Positions 57,139-64,000 of a stretch of 64,000 bases of DNA are shown piece after piece. Position 1 is the stretch's first letter; each line of letters begins with the position of its first letter. This DNA comes from an uncultured Bacteroidales bacterium (GTDB lineage Bacteria > Bacteroidota > Bacteroidia > Bacteroidales > UBA10428), in NCBI GenBank assembly GCA_963821135.1, contig CAWGCR010000001.1, forward strand, positions 145,547 through 209,546, read 5' to 3'. The notes beneath the pieces are model-generated. The model was not told where the DNA came from. It saw only the letters and a list, made by a program, of their open reading frames with translations, and ran no database searches. The position numbers and the translations under genes were made by a program.

Positions 57139-57738
57139 CTAATAGTTATCCGGAAAAATAAATAATAAAAATACGGGTAGATATTCTTTCAAGGCAATTC
57201 TTAACCTCGTTAAGGCAACAGAAATGTGTTTTTCTACAGCTTTCACCGAAATGTTGAGTTTTTCTGCAACCTCCCTGTTTTTCAATCCTTCTGATCGGCT
57301 TAATCTAAATACTTCTCTGCATTTTTCAGGTAAAGCATTAATGTTTATTTCTATTTTACCGGATAGTTCTTTTTCGAAAATACTACCTGATTCGCCTCCT
57401 AAGGAATTAAGAAAACATAAATTTTCAGAACGTTGTTTATTCGCGGCATGTTCTATGTGTTTATTCTTAACTCTTTGATGTTCAATATAATTTAGGCTTT
57501 TATTTCGAACCGAACGAAATAAATAGACATTCACCAAACCCAACATCTCTATTTCACCTCTGCGTTCCCATAAATTTGTAAACACATCCTGTACAATATC
57601 TTCAGCCGCATTCACATCTCTGACAAAACTTAAAGCATATCCATGTAATCCATTGTAATATGTTTTGAAAATAATTTCAAAAGCATCCTTCTTACCTTGT
57701 TTTAATTTTTGGACTATTTTATGGTCAGGTTTGTACAT
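57139..57738 (-). CDS. ECF-type RNA polymerase sigma-70 factor (Bacteroides expansion family)
   Basis: AFEIIFKTYY, AEDIVQDVF, YLFRSVRNKSLN and LPEKCREVFRLSR.EGLKNREVAEKLNISVKAVEKHI motifs. Confidence 0.93.
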   Translation of the reverse strand: MYKPDHKIVQKLKQGKKDAFEIIFKTYYNGLHGYALSFVRDVNAAEDIVQDVFTNLWERRGEIEMLGLVNVYLFRSVRNKSLNYIEHQRVKNKHIEHAANKQRSENLCFLNSLGGESGSIFEKELSGKIEININALPEKCREVFRLSRSEGLKNREVAEKLNISVKAVEKHISVALTRLRIALKEYLPVFLLFIFPDNY

Positions 57739-57981
57739 AGCAAAAGGTACAGATAAAGATCTATGAGTACAGCATAAATAGTAAAATTATCTGATCATTT
57801 GTAACAAAAATATAAATTTTTAGGATCCTTTGGAAAATCTGACTCTTGCAGCAAAAAATATGGAGCCCAATATAATTAGATTGTATGATAGGAGAGGAAA
57901 TTTCTGGAGATGAAAAGAACATTTTATCTTTAAGAAGTAACTAATACTGACCTGCCAACTAAAACCAGGACCATACACAGT

Positions 57982-58337
57982 ATATACAATTTGATATTAA
58001 AAAGTTAATCTGTAACTTGCTGGAAGAATAATGCTTTCTCAATAACAGGATTGGTTCCAACCTGTTGACTCACTTATCTTTTCTCAGAAAATGAATGTAC
58101 AAAATATCTGATTCTCAGTTATTAAATTTAAGTAGATAATTATTTACTATTAAAAGGAGGACTATTATGAAATTCAAAACTGTGATGATTATTAAAGCCA
58201 TAATCTGTTTGGGCTTTGGCCCTTTGCTGTTGTTTGTACCCGGTTGGTTGCTGGGTATACTGGGCTCATCATTTTGTCCGGGAGCTGCTCTGACAGCAAG
58301 GGAATATGGTGCAGCACTCATCGGAAATCTCTTACTC
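57982..58337 (+). repeat. Right copy of the ~350-bp direct repeat
   Basis: Matches 25943-26297; contains the upstream region and 5' half of the intact 126-aa gene. Confidence 0.95.
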
Positions 58338-58547
58338 ACATGGCTTGCCAGGAATGCTGATGATTCTATTGCCAGACGCGCTATTATTTGGCATTTGTTT
58401 GTCTATGATGCCATTGCACTTATCGCAACACTAATAATTCAGCTTTCAGGGGGTCTGAATTTCCTTGGATGGGGCATTATCGCAGTATACCTGTTTTTCA
58501 CAATTTTCTTTGGTTTATTACTCCTTCCTAAAGCTAAAACTGCATAA
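58167..58547 (+). CDS. Small four-helix membrane protein of unknown function
   Basis: Four hydrophobic segments; a strong AGGAGG 6 nt before the ATG. Confidence 0.8.
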   Translation: MKFKTVMIIKAIICLGFGPLLLFVPGWLLGILGSSFCPGAALTAREYGAALIGNLLLTWLARNADDSIARRAIIWHLFVYDAIALIATLIIQLSGGLNFLGWGIIAVYLFFTIFFGLLLLPKAKTA

Positions 58548-58677
58548 ACTGGTCTATTTTTAGAAGGAGTACTATATTTAGAAATAAATTTCCAGTAAGC
58601 ATCTGACATTGGAAACTGTTGCATGCAATGGATTGTTATGTCTTGTCCTTAAATAGAGTAACCAAATAATATTGAAT

Positions 58678-59547
58678 ATGAAAAGACGAATCGCACTCCT
58701 TCTTATCGTAATTAATTGCATAATAGTCGTTTCGCAGGAAACTTCAGAAAAAACTACATCCGGTTATAAGAACGGGACCTTAATAGTAATCGGTGGGGGT
58801 GCCTACACCGATTTGTTAATGAGTGAATTTAAGAAAAACGCGGGTGGTGACTCTGCAAAAATCGTAGTGATCCCGACAGCCAGTGAAGACAAATATATCA
58901 ATAACGATGAACTAGAGGCGCAATTTAAAAAGTACGGATTTAATACGATTACTGTTCTCCATACCCGGGATAGAGCCACAGCTAATTCGGAAGAATTCAT
59001 TAACCCCATCCAGTCAGCCACCGGAATATTTTTTACCGGAGGAAGACAGTGGCGAATCGCCGATGGATTTTTAAATACTAAGGCACACCGGGAAATGTTC
59101 AATTTACTCGACAGGGGAGGTGTAATTGCCGGATCATCTGCAGGAGCTACTATTCAGGGATCCTACCTGGCAAGGGGCGACTCAAAAAACAACCAGATTA
59201 TGATGGGAGATCATGAGGAGGGATTGGGATTTATATCAAATGTTGCCATTGACCAGCATGTAATGGTAAGAAACCGGCAATTTGATATGTTTGATATTCT
59301 CGATAAAAGACCGGAATTATTAGGAATAGGTATTGATGAACGAACAGCAATTGTCGTAAAAGGAGAAATTCTTACTGTTGTTGGGGATAGCTATGTGCTT
59401 GTTTATGACAGGACTTTTTGGTCGCGTGAAGGTTCTGATTTAAAGAATCTACCCGACGAAAACGAAATATTTTATTTTTTAAGATCGGGTGATAGGTATA
59501 ATCTAAAAGAAAGAAAGGTTATTAACAACATAACTGTGAATAATTGA
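58678..59547 (+). CDS. Cyanophycinase-family (peptidase S51) protein with a signal peptide
   Basis: LIVIGGG, VVIPTAS, FFTGGRQ, AGSSAGA (catalytic Ser), IDQH and GIGIDE motifs. Confidence 0.85.
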   Translation: MKRRIALLLIVINCIIVVSQETSEKTTSGYKNGTLIVIGGGAYTDLLMSEFKKNAGGDSAKIVVIPTASEDKYINNDELEAQFKKYGFNTITVLHTRDRATANSEEFINPIQSATGIFFTGGRQWRIADGFLNTKAHREMFNLLDRGGVIAGSSAGATIQGSYLARGDSKNNQIMMGDHEEGLGFISNVAIDQHVMVRNRQFDMFDILDKRPELLGIGIDERTAIVVKGEILTVVGDSYVLVYDRTFWSREGSDLKNLPDENEIFYFLRSGDRYNLKERKVINNITVNN

Positions 59548-59662
59548 AACAGCTTTTATAAGTATTCCACCCCTGTTTTGTACAATTGCTATATCGAACT
59601 CACAATATTTAACATTTTTTTCACACACATTCAGAGTTTGCTTTTGAACCCTTAGATTTAAA

Positions 59663-59692
59663 TTATGTTTATAACATAAGATGTTTATAACA
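59663..59692. promoter_or_regulatory. Probable tandem MarR operator
   Basis: Palindrome TTATGTT-TAT-AACATAA (59663-59679) and a second ATGTTTATAACA (59681-59692), just upstream of marR. Confidence 0.6.
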
Positions 59693-59699
59693 ACTATTT

Positions 59700-60170
59700 A
59701 TGGGAGCAATACTCAATAGCGATTTAGTAAGCAATAATCCATATATGAAATTGTTTGTGAGGATTATGAAAGTAGGTCATATTATCGAGAATCATGTGAC
59801 TGATATACTCAAAGAATTTGATATTACACATATCCAGTTCAATGTATTGAGAAGCCTGGAAGTAGTTTACCCCGGTATATTGTCGGTGGGTGAAATTAGG
59901 CAGCAATTACTCTTTCCGGCTTCAGACGTTACCCGCTTGCTCGATCGCCTGTTAAAGCATGGATTGATTGAACGTTGTGTTTGCCCAAAGAACAGGCGTA
60001 AAGTGGACGTTTCGATTACAAATAAAGGTTTGGAACTTATAAAAAAAATATTACCTGAATTTGAAAAGCAGTCCGAAGGTTATTTCAGGTTCATAATCAA
60101 TGAAGATGAGCGGGATCAAATACTCAGGGGACTGTTGCGTATTCAAAATCATTATCTCGAAAAAGCATAG
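59700..60170 (+). CDS. MarR family transcriptional regulator
   Basis: ITHIQFNVLRSL...SDVTRLLDRL..HGLIER...NRRKVDVSIT.KG motif. Confidence 0.9.
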   Translation: MGAILNSDLVSNNPYMKLFVRIMKVGHIIENHVTDILKEFDITHIQFNVLRSLEVVYPGILSVGEIRQQLLFPASDVTRLLDRLLKHGLIERCVCPKNRRKVDVSITNKGLELIKKILPEFEKQSEGYFRFIINEDERDQILRGLLRIQNHYLEKA

Positions 60171-60212
60171 TAAACAATTAAACAATAATATAAACACGTA
60201 AATCTTTTAAAA

Positions 60213-60839
60213 ATGAAATTAAAAATGTTATTCTATGGAAGTATTCTCATGATGGGAATAATAATGGCTGCCTGTTCGCAGCAAGTGAAGAAAAGTACAG
60301 CAGAAGCTACCACCGAGACTGCAACTCAAATACCTGCAGAGAAAATTAATCTTGCTGAAAGTAAAGTGATTTGGAATGGTACTTCGGTTGGTATGTACAC
60401 GCATATAGGTACAGTAAATTTTACCGAAGCTGTTTTGCAGGTTGAAGACGGAAAAATTACAGGAGGGAGTTTTACTGTTGATTTAACCAGCATGGTTGCC
60501 ACCGATGAAAACTTCAATCCTGAGGAAGGTTATACCAAAGAAAAGCTTATTGGTCATCTTTCTTCACCCGATTTTTTCGATGTAGCAAACTTTCCAACGG
60601 CCCGTTTTGTTATTACCGGAGTTGAAAAGAATGTTGCTACTGGTACTATGACAATTCGCGGAATAAGTAATGAAGAACGCGTTGAGAATATTTCTGTTAT
60701 TGAAGAGAATGGAAAAACGAAAATTACCGGTGACCTTATTTTCAAGCGTAAAAATTATAATGTGTCATGGGACTATGCAGCAAAGGATATGCTATTAAAA
60801 AATGAAGTGGAATTGAAAATTGAACTTGTAGGCGCTTAA
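60213..60839 (+). CDS. YceI family lipoprotein
   Basis: Lipobox MAAC; SKVIWNG...H.GTV, GGSFTVDLTS, LIGHLSSPDFFDVANFPTA and TMTIRG motifs. Confidence 0.88.
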   Translation: MKLKMLFYGSILMMGIIMAACSQQVKKSTAEATTETATQIPAEKINLAESKVIWNGTSVGMYTHIGTVNFTEAVLQVEDGKITGGSFTVDLTSMVATDENFNPEEGYTKEKLIGHLSSPDFFDVANFPTARFVITGVEKNVATGTMTIRGISNEERVENISVIEENGKTKITGDLIFKRKNYNVSWDYAAKDMLLKNEVELKIELVGA

Positions 60840-61082
60840 AATATTGGTTTAATAGCCAGCCAGGTTTCTTTATGTCTAGCCTGTTTAATTAACTTCGTTG
60901 AACTCGTCATTCTTCCTCGGTTCATAATTTTTATTTATTTGACTGGTTACGATAAAGTTAGACTAACCTTTCTGCGAAAACCAGATGTAACTAAATCGGG
61001 CTATCCCCGCTTTCTTCGGGGCATACGCTGCTTTGGCAGAGATAAATGTAAAAATCCATGAATAGGGCAGGCTAGAACTAAG

Positions 61083-61184
61083 CTGTCCAAAAAGTCTTTG
61101 TGAATGCCTGGGGAACTGTTCTTAAATATTTCTCACAAAGTTTCCCAGCGTGCTCACAGAGTTAAACAAAAACTTTTTGGACAG
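61083..61184. repeat. Long inverted-repeat element (MITE-like hairpin)
   Basis: Perfect 13-bp ends CTGTCCAAAAAGT / ACTTTTTGGACAG, plus an inner imperfect stem. Confidence 0.65.
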
Positions 61185-61313
61185 TTTCTTTTTATGGGTA
61201 CTCTATATTGCTAATCAAAACCCGTACGATGCAACGCCAAGAAAATCATTCCACCGTGTCGTTAGCAATTGAGCAATAACCTTGCTAAAACGACTAAAAA
61301 AACTAAATATAAA

Positions 61314-61853
61314 ATGTTAAAAGATAGAAAAGTAGTATTATATATTTCAATGAGTCTGGATGGATATATTGCTGACAGAAATGATGAACTTGGTTTTTTA
61401 TCTTTAGTAGAACAGGAAGGACAGGATTATGGGTATGTTGATTTTATAAATTCGGTTGATGCTATTATCATTGGCAGAAAGACCTATGAGAAGGTTATCT
61501 CAATGGGGTATAATTATCCACACACTCACAAAGACGTTTATATCATAACACATATTGAAAGACCAGCCATTGGGTCATTTAAGTTTTATACAGGAGACTT
61601 AACGGAACTGGTAACAAAATTGAAAAATGAGCAAGGAAAGAACATTTATTGTGACGGTGGAGCCGAAATTGTAAACGAATTGCTCATTAACAATTTGATT
61701 GACGAATTTATCATCTCAGTAATTCCAATTTTACTGGGAGATGGAATTAAACTTTTTCGAAAAGGACGGCTTGAACAAAAATTAGAGTTAATATCTGAAA
61801 AAAGTTTTGATAAAGGACTTGTGCAATTACATTATAAACGGGCAGACAACTAA
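61314..61853 (+). CDS. Dihydrofolate reductase-like (RibD C-terminal domain) protein
   Basis: VVLYISMSLDGYIA, IIGRKTYE, NIYCDGGAEI and LIDEFIISVIPILLGDGI motifs. ATG at 61314. Confidence 0.85.
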   Translation: MLKDRKVVLYISMSLDGYIADRNDELGFLSLVEQEGQDYGYVDFINSVDAIIIGRKTYEKVISMGYNYPHTHKDVYIITHIERPAIGSFKFYTGDLTELVTKLKNEQGKNIYCDGGAEIVNELLINNLIDEFIISVIPILLGDGIKLFRKGRLEQKLELISEKSFDKGLVQLHYKRADN

Positions 61854-61885
61854 ACTAAATAGTTCCGCCTGTCAATAAACTCTGC

Positions 61886-62040
61886 GTGTTTGTTCAGAAA
61901 GTTTGAGATCAAGGCGTATGAAAACTTAACGAAGTGATCTCACGAGCAATTGCGAGTAATTTTAAACCGCAGTATACTAGGGTATTCGAGGATTTAAAAT
62001 ATGAGCAACCGCACAGATATCGGACTTTACGGACGAACAC
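61886..62040. repeat. Imperfect inverted-repeat element (MITE or structured-RNA-like)
   Basis: GTGTTTGTTCAGAAAGTTTGAGATC (61886-61910) pairs with GATATCGGACTTTACGGACGAACAC (62016-62040); 4 of 7 mismatches are G-U compatible on the plus strand. Confidence 0.55.
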
Positions 62041-62314
62041 TTAATATAGGTGAAGAAAAAATCCCTAACCGCTAACAAGTGGAAAAAAAAGGCACTGGAT
62101 TGGTGGTTTCCCTTTGTCACGAATACTCGGGAATACGGAGCAGGAGCACGATCAACCTCTAGTTCAGGCGGCAAGCGGACGGGTAACCATGAAGGCTGCG
62201 GGAGCTTCTATGCTATCACTTATTGATGATAGCATTTGTTGCATAAATCAAACAAACCCTGCATTGAATGGTTAGAACTAACTGTGAATCATTGATACGA
62301 AAAAGTTAGAAAGT

Positions 62315-63340
62315 ATGGAAATAGGAATAGATAGCTTTGCAGCTGCACCCAAAAGGAGCGGTTCAAATACAGCTCGTGAAAATGCAAAGGCATTGGCAGA
62401 ATTGCTGGAAAGAATCGAATTTGCAGACAAATCAGGGCTTGATATTTTCGGAATAGGCGAACACTACCGTAAAGAATTTCTGGATTCTGCACCGGCCATT
62501 ATTCTTGCTGCGGCTGCAGCCCGCACGAAAAATATCCGGTTAACCAGTGCCGTTACAGTGCTTAGTGCAGCCGACCCCGTAAGAGCATTTCAGCAGTTTG
62601 CGACCCTGGATTTGATATCCCGGGGGCGGGCTGAAATAGTGGTCGGACGGGGATCCTTCACAGAATCATTTCCATTATTCGGTTTAAATCTCCAGGATTA
62701 CGATGCTCTTTTTTCGGAGAAGCTGGACCTTTTACTAAAGATCCGAGACGAAGAAGTCATCAATTGGTCAGGGAATTTTCGCCCCGCTCTCAAGGACCAG
62801 ACAATTTATCCCAGACCCCTGCAAAAGAAATTGCCGGTGTGGATAGGAGTTGGAGGCACACCTGCTTCCTTTGAACGTGCCGGGAGGCTTGGACTTCCTC
62901 TAATGGTAGCAGTAATTGGAGGCGAAACACATCGCTTTCGGCCCCTGGTGGATCTTTACAAACAGGCAGGCAAAGAGGCAGGACATGCTCCTGAACAATT
63001 GAAAGTTGGATTGCATTCTCTGGGTTATGTAGCAAACAATACGGAAGATGCACATGAATATTATTATCCCGGTTATGCAGAAACCTTTTCACAAATTGGA
63101 AAAGAGCGCGGATGGCCACCTGTCACCCGCTCCCGTTATAATCTCCAAACAGGTCCATCGGGTGCATTAGTAATTGGGAGTCCTGAGGAGGTCGCTGAAA
63201 AAATCCGCAGGCATAGTGAAGCACTGGGCGGTATTTCACGGTTTACTTTTCAAATGGATAATGCAGGATTATCTCATGACCAGCTGATGCATTCCATTAA
63301 ACTAATTGGCAAGAAGGTGTCTCCCCTGGTTAATCAATAG
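62315..63340 (+). CDS. LLM class flavin-dependent oxidoreductase (luciferase-like)
   Basis: GLDIFGIGEHY, RLTSAVTVLSAADPVR, GRAEIVVGRGSF and VWIGVGGTP motifs. Confidence 0.9.
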   Translation: MEIGIDSFAAAPKRSGSNTARENAKALAELLERIEFADKSGLDIFGIGEHYRKEFLDSAPAIILAAAAARTKNIRLTSAVTVLSAADPVRAFQQFATLDLISRGRAEIVVGRGSFTESFPLFGLNLQDYDALFSEKLDLLLKIRDEEVINWSGNFRPALKDQTIYPRPLQKKLPVWIGVGGTPASFERAGRLGLPLMVAVIGGETHRFRPLVDLYKQAGKEAGHAPEQLKVGLHSLGYVANNTEDAHEYYYPGYAETFSQIGKERGWPPVTRSRYNLQTGPSGALVIGSPEEVAEKIRRHSEALGGISRFTFQMDNAGLSHDQLMHSIKLIGKKVSPLVNQ

Positions 63341-63448
63341 TAATCAGTATTTGGAGAGTGAAATTAGTAAGGGCACCTAACAGGAATGGATTGACAAAAA
63401 AGAATAATAAACCATGCAACAGAAGAAACAAGTATGCTGCATTTTAGA

Positions 63449-64000
63449 TTACCAGCTTCCTCCGGCACCACCTCCACCGAATCCTCCACCACCAAATCCT
63501 CCAAAACTTCCACCGCCTGAACTAAAGCCGCCAAATCCTCCACCACTGCCCCTCCTGGATGATGAACTCATAAGCATGAGGGCAATCCATAAGCTGGTGT
63601 TATTGCTACGTGCATATCTTCGTGCTCCGCCAATTTTAGAAATAATTATAATAAAAACGATAAAGGCAAAAATTATTAGAGGAAAAAGGCTTCCTTCGCC
63701 ACCCGTTTTTCTGGTATACTCTTCTGCACTATATTCGCCCGCTGCCAGCTCCATGATAACATTGGTTGCTGCAACTAAACCACCATAATAATCCCTTTGT
63801 TTGAATCGGGGAATCATCTCATTTGCAACGATTCGTTTTCCAATGGCATCGGGAATAACAGCTTCAAGACCATAACCCGTCGCAATAAATGTCTCGCCTC
63901 TGCCATCAATCTCCTTAGGTTTTACCATAATCACAACACCATTGTCCTTACCCTTCTGCCCGACGCCCCATTTTTCGCCTATTGTATAGCTATAGGATGC
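63449..64000 (-). CDS. TPM domain-containing protein (partial, start beyond the right edge)
   Basis: KWGVGQKGKDNGVV, ATGYGLEAVIPD, a TM helix and the Gly-rich tail GGGFGGGGAGGSW. Confidence 0.9.
   Translation of the reverse strand, partial: ASYSYTIGEKWGVGQKGKDNGVVIMVKPKEIDGRGETFIATGYGLEAVIPDAIGKRIVANEMIPRFKQRDYYGGLVAATNVIMELAAGEYSAEEYTRKTGGEGSLFPLIIFAFIVFIIIISKIGGARRYARSNNTSLWIALMLMSSSSRRGSGGGFGGFSSGGGSFGGFGGGGFGGGGAGGSW

Larger units (their letters stand above)
26290..57981 (-). mobile_element. Putative genomic island: direct-repeat-bounded double SusC/D polysaccharide utilisation locus
   Basis: All genes between the two repeats are on the minus strand and form one PUL-like block; no integrase or transposase recognised. 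Confidence 0.6.

Noticed and set aside
26290-57981. Island as an ICE, prophage or transposon
   Set aside because: No integrase, relaxase, T4SS, phage or transposase genes were recognised, and no tRNA target is present.
62080-62240. Possible riboswitch upstream of the LLM oxidoreductase
   Set aside because: Only a short ATGCTATCA...TGATAGCAT hairpin is visible; no FMN, TPP, SAM or cobalamin consensus could be matched.
1376-63546. Many 60-190 aa ORFs antisense to or nested in long genes
   Set aside because: They overlap confidently assigned CDSs and show no independent motifs.
63414-63788. Proline-rich plus-strand ORF
   Set aside because: It is the antisense of the Gly-rich tail of the TPM-domain gene.

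Overview
Bacterial DNA, almost certainly from a Bacteroidota member. The evidence is SusC/SusD pairs, a T9SS C-terminal sorting domain, TAnnTTTG promoter elements, a Bacteroides-type ilvC and an ECF sigma/FecR pair. The left 25 kb is mostly core genome: a partial PAS sensor gene, a compact GDP-D-glycero-alpha-D-manno-heptose operon whose first gene is a nucleotidyltransferase-GmhB-P-loop kinase triple fusion, a glucuronokinase-like GHMP kinase paired with galU, two GT2 genes, SRP RNA, ilvD-ilvB-ilvN-ilvC with an unannotated Val/Ile/Leu leader-peptide attenuator, and three copies of a REP-doublet repeat. The centre (about 26.3-58.0 kb) is an all-minus-strand, double-SusC/SusD polysaccharide utilisation locus. 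It carries an ECF sigma and FecR, an MGH1/GH63-like hydrolase, GH92, a modular GH9-like T9SS cargo, a DUF4038 protein, a PHP-like metallohydrolase, a purple acid phosphatase and a GH42-like enzyme. It is bracketed by diverged direct repeats of about 350 bp that duplicate the upstream region and 5' half of a small membrane-protein gene, and no integrase or transposase is visible. Four exactly spaced GTAGGGTA-N13-CTGTT motifs precede four of its transcription units and are the likely promoter of its ECF sigma. The right end has a secreted cyanophycinase-family protein, MarR-YceI, a DHFR-like gene among MITE-like hairpins, an LLM oxidoreductase and a partial TPM-domain gene. All calls come from reading the sequence by eye; no searches were run.
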